Shown here one piece after another: positions 21,094 through 32,459 of a stretch of DNA of 64,000 nt. Source of the DNA: an uncultured Planctomycetota bacterium (lineage in GTDB: Bacteria; Planctomycetota; Planctomycetia; Isosphaerales; Isosphaeraceae); assembly GCA_963845755.1 (NCBI GenBank), contig CAWJTV010000031.1, positions 288,001 to 352,000 of the forward strand. Reading direction: 5' to 3'. The notes beneath the pieces are model-generated. The model was not told where the DNA came from, ran no database searches, and worked only from the letters and a program-made list of their open reading frames with translations. Both the position numbers and the translations under genes were made by a program. Numbering within the stretch: the first letter of the stretch is position 1; every line of letters starts with the position of its first letter.

Positions 21094-22884
21094 TCAGGAG
21101 CCTCCGCTCGCCGACCGCCCCTCCGCGGGTCCGGGTCCGGAGTCCTCGGCAAGATATCGCTCGAGGGGCGGTCGCCGCAAGTGGTCGCCATTGACCTGTT
21201 GCATGGCGTGGGCGACGGCCAGGAGGGTCGATTCGTCGAATAACCGCCCGGTGAGGGTGACCGAGCCGGGCCTCGTGCGTCCGTTGCGGTCGCGGAAGCC
21301 GATCGGGAAGACGACGGACGGATGGCCGGTCAGGTTGGTGATCGGCAGATCCGTTCCGGATGCGACGTATAAGTTCACCTTCGCCATTCGCTCGGCCATG
21401 GCCTGCATGAGCTTGGTCCGCACGCGGGCGGCCCGCAGATACTCGACGGCCGGCACGAACTGACCCTGGCGGAAGGTGGCCGGCCAGGAGTTGAGCCCTT
21501 CGGTGATATGCTTGCGCGTGAGCTCGTCAAAGACGGCGGCGGCCTCGGTCCCGAGCATCATGGTGATGGCGCGCACCGGGAGGTTGTCGGGGAGCGTCAT
21601 CGGGACCAGCTCGAATCCCAGCCCTCGGAGGATCCTCAGCTCCTCCCGTTCGTCGAACAGGCTGGTTCGGAGCCTCGATGTAGCCGATCTTCAGGGCACT
21701 GTAATCGACCTTTGGGGGCCAGTCGAAGGGCTGATCCACGGCCGCCCAGTCGCGGCCGTCGGCGCCGTGGATGGCGTCGAACACGAGCGCCAATCTTGCA
21801 CGGAACGCGTGATCGGCCCGAGCTTGTCCATGGTCCACGAAAGCGTCATGCAGCCGTGTCGGCTGACGCGTCCGAAGGTCGGGCGCAGGCCCGTCGCCCC
21901 GCAGGCGCGGCGGGGGAGACGATGCTGCCGAGCGTCTCGCTGCCGATCGCGAAGCCGACCAGCCCGGCGGCGGCGGCCGAAGCCGAGCCCGCCGACGAGC
22001 CGCTCGAGCCGGTCCGCGGGTCCCACGGGCTGCGCAGTCCGGCCGCCAAACCACTGGTCGCCCATCGCCAGTGCACCGAGCGAGAGCTTCGCCAGCATCA
22101 CGGCGCCGGCCTCTTCCAATCGGGCCGCCACGCTCGCCTTGACGTCGATCACGCGGTCCTTGAACGGCGTCGCGCCCCAGGTTGTCGGATAACCCGGATA
22201 GGCGATCAGGTCCTTGGCACCCCAGGGGATCCCGTGCAGCGGGCCGCGGTACTTCCCCGCCGCAATGTCTCGATCGGCCTGCGCGGCTTGCTTGAGTGCC
22301 AGTTCCTCGGTGAAGGTCACGACGCACTTCAAGAGCGGGTCGAACTTCTTGAGTCGCGCGAGATACAGTCGGGTCAGCTCGGTCGAGGTGACCTGCCGAC
22401 TGCGCAGCAGAGCCGAAAGCTCGGCCACCGTCAGGAAGGCGAGCTCCTCATCCGAGCCGGGCCTGCGCGGCGTCGGGCCCTCGACCGGCGTCGCCCGATT
22501 CCGCTGGATCGCAGCCGCAGGGCCGGGCGGAGTGGGAAAGAACGTCAGGGCGGGCGGCACGTCGTAGCCCACGTCGACCGCGCGCAGTTCGGCGAATTCA
22601 TGAAGACTCCGCTCGACCGAACGCGCCGTGCTCGTTCGTTCGTCCTTGGTGAGATCAAGCCCGGCGATCCACTCCGCCTGCTTGATCATGTCGGGCGTGA
22701 TCTGGCCGGCCTGAGCCGCCTGAGCCGCCATCGCCCGGCGGAACGCCACGCTGCCGATGCCCAGGCCCGCCAGCCCTTTCAAGACGGCCCGACGACGGAG
22801 TCCGATGGCTTCGCCATTCTCAGGTGCGGGCTGGTCGGTCAGCTCGGATGGCTCATCAACCCCGTCGGCCCAGGTTTCGATCAT
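21094..22884 (-). CDS. Amidase signature family enzyme with Tat-like signal; several frameshifts (near 22035, 21910, 21790, 21650)
   Basis: RRRAVLK twin-Arg; GPLHGIPWGAKDL, GSSGSSAGS, GSETLGS, RPTFGRVSR, NLTGHP distributed over shifted ORFs. Confidence 0.88.
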
Positions 22885-23008
22885 CGCTGCAAGCCCTCGA
22901 CTCGGTGACGTCGCTCCCCGGGGCTATTGTGGCCGTGTCGGGCTTTGCACTCAAGAAGGACGAGGAATCGTGCGGATCCTCGACTCGCCCACTGGTGGGA
23001 CGTCGAAA

Positions 23009-23761
23009 CTATCGAGGAGTATCGTCCGGGGGGTTTTCTGCGGGCTCGGATACGACGGTCGGGGACGCCGGGGAATTGACATTCCGAGCGGGATAACCAA
23101 AGCCACCTAGCGAGCTGATCACCAGGAAGAGCCACAAGACGATCACGGCAAGTCCGGACACGATCCAGAACACTCCCAGGGCCCGGCCCAGTCGATCAAC
23201 CCAGCTCGGCTCGGCGCACCACCGCCTAACGACGAGCAAGGTCATCCACGACACCGAGACGGCGAGACCGATCGAGGTGGGTACAAACGGTGCACTATAC
23301 CCAAGCACAAGATCCCATGTGCTATCCCAGCCGATGACCGTCAGCCCGGCCACGAACTGCAATCCAATGAACGCGATCGCCATCATCGTCGCGCACGCGG
23401 CCATTATGCCCGGCTGACGCGCCAGCCGGCGGAATGGCGGTCGTGGGCCGACCAGGCGAATCGGGATCAATGCCAGAGTCCAGATTAGGACGGGCGGCAT
23501 CGTGAGGCAGGCAACCAGGATCGCCCTTTCTTCCAGGACATCCCAGCCCGTCAGGCTCGATTGATAGGGAGGATTCCAGATTTCGGGTAAGGTCTCCCAG
23601 GATAAATCTCCAACCAACGCGTGGCAGACCGACTGCGAGAGTGCACAACCCGCCGCCGTGGCCGCGACCAGGATCATCGCGTCGAGCAGTCGGAACCGCC
23701 TTCGAGGCATCACTGGCTTCACGATCGGCCGATCCGTACTCAACTCCCTCGCATTTCCCAT
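23009..23761 (-). CDS. Hypothetical multi-pass membrane protein
   Basis: RRFRLLDAMILVAA N-terminus and about five hydrophobic helices. Confidence 0.65.
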   Translation of the reverse strand: MGNARELSTDRPIVKPVMPRRRFRLLDAMILVAATAAGCALSQSVCHALVGDLSWETLPEIWNPPYQSSLTGWDVLEERAILVACLTMPPVLIWTLALIPIRLVGPRPPFRRLARQPGIMAACATMMAIAFIGLQFVAGLTVIGWDSTWDLVLGYSAPFVPTSIGLAVSVSWMTLLVVRRWCAEPSWVDRLGRALGVFWIVSGLAVIVLWLFLVISSLGGFGYPARNVNSPASPTVVSEPAENPPDDTPR

Positions 23762-24099
23762 CGGGCCCTCCGTTTTCGCACAAGCCTTCGATGTTCCTCA
23801 TTCCTCCCAAGCCCATCATCGGCGGTCAGTCCCAAGTCTTTGACCGATCCGTGTCAATCCCATTCGGGCCGGCGTTGAGACGGCCGTTCACTGTTGATCT
23901 TAACCGTTTCTGACGGTCTCCGTAAGGATTAGGGTTACTCATGGCCCTGGAGATGGCGCCGGGAACATTTGCCATGCTCTTTTTTCGAAGACACGTCGTA
24001 ATAGGGGATGGTGTCCCGCGGCGCAAGCCACTCGGACGGGGGCACCGGCTCCGGAGAAGAACCGGGGACAACAGGACACCGAGTGAGGAGGACACAACC

Positions 24100-24444
24100 A
24101 TGAAGGTGATCGCTCGATCGATGCTCGTGGCCGGGGTGATCGGAGTTGGTGTGCTGGCACTGGGGACGACGGAAGCCCGTGCCCAGGGGTTCGGGTTCAA
24201 TTACGCGAGCCCCGGCATGTCGTTCGGGTTCGGGACTGGGGGCTATGGCGGGTATTACGGGGGCTATGGCGGCTACCCTTACGGCGGCGCCTACGGACCC
24301 TATCCGTACGTGGCCGGACCGGTCCTCGTGCCGGGGCCGATGGTTGTACCACGGCGGGTGATCGTGCCGGGTCCCGTCGTGGTGCCTCGTGGTTATTACC
24401 ATGGCGGTGGCCGGTTCCGCGGATACCCGTATTATCGCCGTTGA
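24100..24444 (+). CDS. Small secreted Gly/Tyr/Pro-rich protein
   Basis: GAGGAGG RBS, signal peptide ending ARA-Q, GYGGYYGGY and VVPGP repeats. Confidence 0.8.
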   Translation: MKVIARSMLVAGVIGVGVLALGTTEARAQGFGFNYASPGMSFGFGTGGYGGYYGGYGGYPYGGAYGPYPYVAGPVLVPGPMVVPRRVIVPGPVVVPRGYYHGGGRFRGYPYYRR

Positions 24445-24674
24445 CTTAGCGACCGACCGCGCGGCCTTGCGGTCCGGTGACGCGATGAGTCGCTGCTCCT
24501 TGATGGTCCCGGACGCGACGAAGCCATGCAGGCCGTCGCGTCATCATTCGTTTTGTGGCGGTACCTCCTTCCCACGGACGGCAGCCGCGATCATAATCGG
24601 GAAAATGGAGTTTCCTGGAACCACGGTCTGGAGGCGTAGCCGCCTGCAGGCTGGAAGCGACTGTGAACGTCGTC

Positions 24675-26260
24675 ATGAGCATGCAATACACCCACTCGAT
24701 CGGGTCAATGAGTGTCCCGGAACCTCGGCTCGTTTTATGCCGAAAGGGGTGGAATGGTCCACAGGTCCTCGGGTTCGTGATCGGCCTGATCGCGATCCTC
24801 GTCAGCAATATTCCTGCGCGTAGCGATACCTCGGGGCCGGCCGCCCGGCCGATCGGGGCGCGGTCCCGGCGAGTCGAGGGGGTTTTCCTGCTGGGCCAGA
24901 TCGAGTTCAACGCGCCTGCGCAACTCGTTTCTGGCGAAACTCAAGGCGAACGAGGGATTCATCCTGTTCGCCGTCGCGGCGCTGGCGGCCATCGTCCATC
25001 GCCGGAGAACGGGAGGGCTGCGAGAACAGAAGCGCGAGCTGATCGCCGCGGTCGAGCGGAGCGCGACCGCGGCCCGCGCGGCCCAACAGGCCAATCAAGC
25101 GAAGGACCGCATTCTCGCGGTCCTGAGCCACGAACTGCGCACTCCGCTGACGCCTGTCCTCCTCTCGATCCGCTCACTCCTCCAGGAACCGGAAATGCCG
25201 ACGGAGGTGCGCGAGCACCTCGAGATGATTCGGCGTAACATCGAGCTCGAGGCCCAACTGCTCGACAACCTCTTCGACGTCTCGCGCATCGAGCGCGGTG
25301 TGCTGCGTCTGAATTGGGAATGCGTCGACATCCACGAGATCATCCAGCACGCTCTGGAGATCTGTTCCGCCTCGGTGTTCGAAGCGGGCCTGGAAGTCGT
25401 CGAAGACTACGGAGCCCAGGATCATCACGTTCAGGGCGATTCCGCGCGGCTGACTCAGCTCGTCTGGAACCTGGTCCGCAACGCGACCCGGTTCGCACCG
25501 ACTGGCTCGACGCTCAAGATCCGCTCATTCAACCTTGAGGACGGATCGGCTCGATCGAGAGCTGGCGCCGGCCTCCTGATCGTCGAGTTCCAGGACACGG
25601 GCATCGGCATCGCACCGGAGTATCTCGAGCGGATCTTCGACCCGTTCCAGCAAGGGAGCGAAGCGCAACGGGGTCGGGAGAAAGGGTTGGGACTGGGACT
25701 GGCGATCAGCCGTGAGGTGGCCGAACTGCATGGAGGCCGGTTGACGGCCGCCAGTCCAGGCCCGGGCCAGGGTGCGACCTTCCGCCTGGAATTGTCGACG
25801 ACCGCGCCACGGCAACGGGCGTCGCAACCGATCCCGCTTGTCGAGTACGGCTCGGCTCCCCGTACGTCGGGCGTGCGGATCCTCCTGATGGAAGATAATT
25901 TCGACATACGCCGATACCTCGAGCTGACACTCCGCGGCCAGGGCTGGGAAGTCCAATCGGTGTCGAGCCTGGAGGCGGCCCGGCAAGCCGTGGCCGAGAC
26001 CGACTTCGACCTGCTCATCAGCGACATCGAGCTCCCGGACGGCTCCGGACTGGAACTGATGCGCAGCGTTGAACGCGCGCGGCGTCCCGGGAATCGCGCT
26101 GAGCGGCCACGGATCGGAGGACGACTTGCAGCAGAGTCGGTCGGCCGGTTTCTGCACCCACCTGGTCAAGCCGGTCCTCGCCGCCGCCCTGGGCGAAGCG
26201 ATCGCGCGCGCCTTGGCCAGCCCGGCGCGGGATGAACCCCGCACCACGATCCCCGCGTGA
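24675..26260 (+). CDS. Hybrid histidine kinase (HisKA-HATPase-REC); frameshifts near 24900 and 26070
   Basis: LSHELRTPL, NLVRNA, DTGIG, GLGLGL, receiver ILLMEDN/LISDIELPD, tail HLVKP. Confidence 0.88.
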
Positions 26261-26313
26261 CTCCGCCGGCCACACCGCATGCGGTAAGGGCGTCGGGAAA
26301 GAATCGGGAAGAG

Positions 26314-26401
26314 GATTCAATATTCAAGGTTCAATGAATGGAAGGCAGGATTTCAACGGAACTTGCGGCCATCTTGAATCGTGAATCATGAATCTTGAAT
26401 C
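26314..26401. repeat. Degenerate inverted heptamer arrays
   Basis: GATTCAA TATTCAA GGTTCAA ... TTGAATC GTGAATC ATGAATC TTGAATC. Confidence 0.75.
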
Positions 26402-26498
26402 ATTTTTCCCCAGCCTCTAACGGCCCTGCCGCCCCGTCCCACCCCGCAGAGGCTCCGAACCCTGGTTTGACCGCCCATTCGCGAAGGCAGCCCGACCC

Positions 26499-27628
26499 AT
26501 GATGCACAGGCGAACGACTCCTAGTTTCCCGTTCCTCGCAGCCTTCGTTCCCCTGGGGATCTTCTTCACCATGACCCAAACCGCCCAGGCTGATGAGCCG
26601 CCCCTTGCACTGACGCCGCGCAGGCATCCGCGTTCGCCCGCCTGGCGCTCAAGGGGTTGAGCAAGGAGTACCCGAACAAGCCCGAGCACGTCGTGGGCGG
26701 CCCGCCCGACGTCAAGAACCCGAAAGCCCTCCATCCGGCGTTTTACGGATGCTACGACTGGCATTCGTCGGTGCACGGACACTGGATGCTCGCGCGACTG
26801 CTTCGCCTGTTCCCCGACCTGCCCGAGGGCAAGGACATCCGGGCTGTCTTGAAGGAACACTTCACAGTCGAGAACCTGAAGGCGGAGGTCGACTACTACA
26901 CGCGCCCGGAGAGCAAGTCGTTCGAACGGCCGTACGGCTGGGCGTGGCTCCTCAAGTTGGCCGAGGAGCTGAACGGCTGGGACGACCCGGACGCGAAGAC
27001 CTGGGCGACGGACATCAAACCGCTGGCGGATGTCATCGTCACGCGGTATCTGGAGTTCTTTCCGAAGCAGACGTACCCGATCCGGACCGGGGTGCACCCG
27101 AACACGGCGTTCGGGCTGTCGTTCGCCCATGACTACGCTCGGTCCACGGGCAACGCCCGACTGAGAGCCCTGGTCGAAGAACGGGCCCGGTCTTACTTCG
27201 GCACGGACGCCGACATCCCGGCCGGCTGGGAACCCGGTGGCGCGGACTTCTTCTCGCCGAGCCTGATGGAGGCGGACCTGTTGCGGCGGGTTCTGCCCCC
27301 GGACGAGTTCCGGACCTGGTTCACGCGGTTCCTGCCGAAGACCGATCAGAGCGAGCCGAAATCGCTGTTCACGCCCGCCACGGTGACCGACCGGACCGAC
27401 CCCCAACTGGTCCACCTCGACGGACTGAACCTCAGCCGTGCCTGGAGCATGAGGAGCATCGCGTCGGCATTACCGGCTGGCGACCCGGTTCGGACGGCGC
27501 TGACTGTGTCGGCTGCGCGGCACGCCGAATCGGCACTCGCGCACGTGGCCAGCGGGAACTACGAAGGCGAGCACTGGCTGGCCTCGTTCGCGGTGTATTT
27601 GCTCTCAACACCGTCCCCGGCAGAATGA
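26499..27628 (+). CDS. DUF2891 family protein with signal peptide; frameshift near 26625
   Basis: EYPNK, HPAFYGCYDWHSSVHGHW, FERPYGWAW, HLDGLNLSRAW, GEHWLASFA. Confidence 0.88.
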
Positions 27629-27937
27629 ACTCAGATTTGTTTGTGTTCATCCGGCGCTGGACACGGTTATCCCGGCGCCGACCAGGGACCGCCAACTCCC
27701 TTCGGGATGCGATGGAGCGGAAAGCCGATACACGCACTGGGAAAAGTCCGGCTCAAATCGGCTTCCGCGTTCGGAATGTCCACAGGGCCAGTTCGGAGAC
27801 CCCATCGGACAGCTTGTTCGTCTCCAGGTCGCGGACTCTCAATGACTGCGCATAAGCCAATGACGGAGGGGACGATTGTCGCTCCAGGCCAGGGTGACGA
27901 TCCTTGTCCCAGCCCGTGGGTGGTCGTTCGGGGGACC

Positions 27938-30158
27938 TCAGACTCCTATCTTGACCTTGTAGAACGGCCTGCGTCGCACGATCGTACCATCCCCCATTCG
28001 GATGCTGAACCCCTTGTAATGGGTGGGGCTGAGGTAGATCGCGGACCGATCGAGGCTGACGACGTACTTGCAGCGCGAGCGGTTACTGACCTTGTTGTCG
28101 AGTTTCTCCGACCCCATCGGGTACTCGAAATAGGCGATCCCCATCGGGAGCCAGCCGCGGTTATTGTCGTGCGTACAATAGGGTGAGACCTTCTGTTTGA
28201 TAATCTTGTCGAGATACTTGGAGTCCAGAGCCGACGCTTTGATGACCATCCATCCGTTTTTCTCCTCGGCCTTAGCATCCATCAAAAGGATGTCGTTGCG
28301 GTAGTCCGCCGTGGATTCGGGTTGTCTGGCCGGGTCAACGCTGACGAGGATCTGCGCCGTCAATGTGTCGGCGAGTGGCGACCTGACTTCCCGGATCTTG
28401 GTGCGGTGAATTTGACCCTTGAGCACCTTGCGGAAAAGATCAACCCAGAGGCGTTCATAATTGAGGGCGTCCACGTAAGTGACGTCGAACAGGAGCCCCA
28501 CGAGATTATCCGGGCCGAGCTTGGTGTGCGTGTGGACGAGGCGGCCGTCGAAGCCGTGCTCGTCCCAGTACACAACCTTCTGGTCCCACGGCCTACCTCC
28601 GACGGCGAATTCGACGTCCCCGACGCCTTCCCAAGGGCCGATGTTCGCAAAATCGACGGGAAACTGACGCATGGCGAAGATGCCGCTCGCGGCTTCCTCG
28701 ATAGCCTTCCCGGGGTTCGTGCCGGCATGACCTTGCTGGAAGGTGCTCTTGAACGCCGCCTCGGCCGTCGACAGGTCTGTCGGGATCAGCCCGAGATCGG
28801 CCTCAGCGAGCTTGTAGGGCGCCTTGTGAGCGTCGGGACGTCCACCAGCCTCGACCCGCTGGATCCCCAGGGCAGTGGCCACCTTTCCATTCAGGACCTT
28901 GCAGACATCGATGTATTCCTGGGTGAGTCTGAGCAGGAGTCCGAGTATGATTTCCTGGAACGGCACGACATTCCCAGCGCCGAGGACGTAGCCCATAAAA
29001 GTATGCGCGGTGCTTGTTTATCAATTCGTCGAGCTCGCTGAGGTTGTCGTAGAGATTCGTGAGGGTCCCTGATATTAAATCCTGCGCGGTTAGAGCCCTA
29101 TTCCTGTAGATTAGGAAAGATTGGTGGACGTCCGACAGCTTTGCCTTGAGCGTACCGACGATCCTGAGGGCGCTGACGAACCTCTCCTGCATCTCGGCCG
29201 CCCTCGATGCCCTCTTGGAGGCGACGAGTCTCGAGTGCAGCGCATTGAGGTCCGCGGGGTCGAGTTCGGCGCGCTGTGCGACCCCGATCGGAGGGTTCTG
29301 GGGAGCGGGACAACATACCGATGGCCGGCCGACGATCGGCGTCGCGCGGCCGAGAGCAGGACCCGGACGAGCGGTGAGGATCGCACCACGGGATGGCGCA
29401 GGACTGGGCAATGACCGGGGTTGCACGACCGGCGCAGGGGGGACCGTCGCCGCCCTGAGGCCCATCCTCTCGGCCTCGGCCTCCAAGGCGGGATCCTGCA
29501 CGATCGCAATGCCGGATCCCAGCGGGTTGCGGACGCGGCCGGCCCGCTGCTGCACCACGTGAGTCAGCTCATGACCCAGGAGCCGCTGACCTTGCGGGGT
29601 CTGCGGATTGTAGTGGCCCGGGGCGAAGTAGAGGTCGCTGCCATGGGCGAACGCCAGGGCCCCAAGCGATGTCGCCTCGCTCCCCTCGTGGACTCGCACC
29701 TGGGAGAAATCGGCTTGGAAGATTGCCTCCATCTTCTGCCGCACGGCTTCCGGAAGCCTTTGGCCCAGAATCGATGGCTTGAGAGCAAATGTTGCCGGTA
29801 CGGCGAAAGCATTGTTGACGGATGGTTGCAACGCCGCGGGCCGGGATGCGGAAGGCAAAGTCGGAACCGGTGGCATTACCGCGTGAGCCGGACGGGCCGT
29901 CGCCCCGACGGCCTGTGGCTGGATCGGCGTCGGCCTTGGTGGCAGGATCGGGCCGGGTGCCCTACCAGGTCGAGGCGGTGTCGCCTTGGGTGGGACAGGC
30001 CCGGCGCGGGCGCTGCCAGGGACGCTCGGCGCCACGGGTTGCACAATGCCGGGTGACAGGGGCACGAGTCGAACTGACGACCGGGCCGGTCGCCGATGGT
30101 CTCGCGGGTTGGACGATCGTCGGCCGTCCTCCTGGGAAGTAGCCCTGGATGATGCCAC
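27938..30158 (-). CDS. DUF4157 (eCIS-core-type) protein with C-terminal barnase/RNase Sa-like domain; one-base frameshift at 28997-29000
   Basis: DFSQVRVH..GALAFAHGSDLYF..LLGHELTHVVQQ; removing one T from TTTT fuses ORF 28803-30158 to ORF 27938-28996 (739 aa); tail N..LP..YFEY..R..Y.SPTHYKGF. Confidence 0.75.
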
Positions 30159-30352
30159 CTCCAGGGCGATTGGGACCGGTTATCATGAATGTCGCCTCCA
30201 AGATCCGACTTCTCCCCACGGCGCGCGAACTGACGGGGTCCTTCGAAACCAGGCTATCATGGACCAAGCCATCAGGCAACAATTCAGAGACTTTTGGATT
30301 TGAGGCGCCCGAGGCCGTATAAACGCAAGGTCAACGGCGGTATGAAACCGCC

Positions 30353-30511
30353 CTAACGCGGCGTTCGGCCGCAACCCAATCGGGGATCGAGATTCGAGAT
30401 TCCCGATCTAGAAATCGTTCCCTTGGGAATCTCGAATCCGGAATCTCGAATCCGGAATCCCGAATTCCCCAGAGGCGCGCACGGCGCAGAGATCCTGCGG
30501 AGGAAAACTCT
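30353..30511 (+). repeat. Composite dispersed element, copy 3
   Basis: CTAACGCGGCGTTCGGCCGCAACC, heptamers, CAGAGGCGCGCACGGCGCAGAGATCCTGCGGAGGAAAACTCT. Confidence 0.9.
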
Positions 30512-30523
30512 CGGAACCTCCAT

Positions 30524-30606
30524 AACCACGGATCATTCGGAAGGACACGGATGGGAATCAAGAGTGGGTTCCGACCGATCCGTGTCCCTCCGTGTGATCC
30601 GTGGTG
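30524..30606. repeat. ACCACGGAT/ACACGGAT-type inverted repeat
   Basis: ACCACGGATCA..GGACACGGAT ... ATCCGTGTCC..TGATCCGTGGT. Confidence 0.75.
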
Positions 30607-30639
30607 ATGATCGGCCCTGACAGTGCCGCGCGTCACTCC

Positions 30640-30792
30640 TTAACGCGGCCTTCGGCCGCAACCCAAGAGGGATTCGAGATTCCCGATTCCCGATCCCGAA
30701 ATCGTTCCCTTGGGAATCTCGAATCCGGAATCTCGAATCCCGGATTCCCCAGAGGCGCGCACGGCGCAGAGATCCTGCGGAGGAAGACTCTA
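30640..30792 (+). repeat. Composite dispersed element, copy 4
   Basis: TAACGCGGCCTTCGGCCGCAACC, heptamers, CAGAGGCGCGCACGGCGCAGAGATCCTGCGGAGGAAGACTCTA. Confidence 0.9.
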
Positions 30793-30948
30793 CGCTTTTT
30801 CCGAGACTACGCCCGGAAAAAAGGGGCCCCTGTCGGGCCGTCTTGGCGGAGCCGGCTCCGTCCGGCGATTCCCCTCGAGGGACAGAGCCCCCTCCGACAC
30901 ACGTCTACAACATCGACAACAAATTGTCGATGCGCGCCCCATAAGGGC

Positions 30949-32199
30949 CTAATGAGCCATCTGGAGGGCCGGAGCTCGTCGTCGGGAGAACGCCAATGGC
31001 AGCGACACCAGGCCTCGCAGGCCCAGGCCGGGCCGATGCTGCACGGCCCGCGGTGGTACGGTCAGCCTGAGGTCAGGGAATCGTCGCAGGAGCGTATTGA
31101 TGGCGATCTGCCCCTCCAGTCGAGCCAGCGGCGCACCGACGCAATAGTGCACCCCCTGGCCGAAAGCCAGATGCCGGTTCGGCTCCCGCGTGATGTCCAG
31201 CTCATCGGGGCATTCGAATTGCCGCTCGTCCCGGTTGGCCGAACCCAGCAGGGCCTGCACCATCTCGCCGGGCGCAATTCTCACGCCGGCGATCGTCAGT
31301 TCTTCACGGGCATAGCGCTCACTGGCCATCTGCACCGGCGAATCATAGCGCAGCAACTCCTCGACCGCCGGCTTGATCAGGTCGGGGTCGTCCCGCAACC
31401 GATCGAGTTGCGCAGGATGCTCCAGCAGGGCCAGCACGCCGTTGCCGATCAAGTTGAGTGTTGTCTAATGGCCGGCCACCAGCAGCAGGAAGATCATCGC
31501 TAGCAGTTCGTCCTCGCTCAACCGCTCGCCGGCTTCGCGCGCATGGACCAGCGCGCTGACCAGGTCGTCTCGAGGATCCGCCTGCCGGATCTTGACCAGT
31601 TTGCGGATGTATCGCAGGAACGCCCACATGGGAGGCAGCATCGCCAGCATTCCCCAGCTCGACCCCGAGGCCGAGACGAGGGCGTTCGACCAGCGGTGGA
31701 ACTTGTGCCGGTCCAGGACCGGCACGCCCATCATCTCGGCGATGATGGTCGTCGGTAGGGGCAGCGCGTAATCGTGGATCAGGTCCATGCGTCCCCTGGC
31801 CTGGACCGCGTCGAGCAGCTCCTCGGTTAGCGACTGGATGCGCTCGATCATGTTCCCGACCAGCCGGGGTGTAAATGCCTTGTGAACCAGGCCGCGCAAC
31901 CGAGTATGGTCGGGCTCGTCCAGGTTGAGCATGGTGCGGGTGAGCACTTTCATTACACTCGGCATCCAGGGCAACCGGGCGGCCTGTTCCGGCGTCAGCA
32001 CCTTGTCTCGGTCGTTGCCGAACCGCGCGTCCTTCAACACGGTGATCGCGTCGTCGTAACGGGTGACGAGCCACGCGAACTGCTTGTCCGGCAACTTCAC
32101 GCGGAGGACCGGCGACTCGGCACGCCAACGCGCGTAGGTCGGATACGGGTCGGCCCGCAAGCCCGGGTCCCTCATGTCTACATCCGCGATCGGAATCAT
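30949..32199 (-). pseudogene. Cytochrome P450 with in-frame TAG at 31465-31467 (pseudogene or base-call error)
   Basis: DEPDHTRLR, I-helix AGH*TT, EELLR (ExxR), heme motif FGQGVHYCVG; both ORF halves are in the same frame. Confidence 0.8.
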
Positions 32200-32397
32200 G
32201 ACAATGGTCCTTTGAATGACATGGGTCGAATTGAAATCCAGCTTCCGGCGAGCTCCGATTCCACGAGATGGCTCGAGACTCCTCCGCGAGCATCACCGCG
32301 TGCCCACAGACGCGAGACCGTCGCTCGGACGGGATGCAGGAGCGTGACAGGTGGCAAGTCAGAAAGGGTTGGCGGTCGGGACCTGGTGATGGGCTCT

Positions 32398-32459
32398 GTT
32401 GCGGCGTGGATGCAAACCATCGTCTCCCCAGATCGGTTGATGGGTTGCACCCACCCTAC
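32398..32459. repeat. Degenerate GTAG-family REP pair
   Basis: Right arm ATGGGTTGCACCCACCCTAC resembles the right arm of the 20933-20996 REP; left arm GTGGATGCAAACCAT is decayed. Confidence 0.6.

Noticed and set aside
30949..32199. P450 as a tailoring enzyme of the PKS cluster
   Set aside because: About 19 kb away with unrelated genes in between, and interrupted by a stop codon
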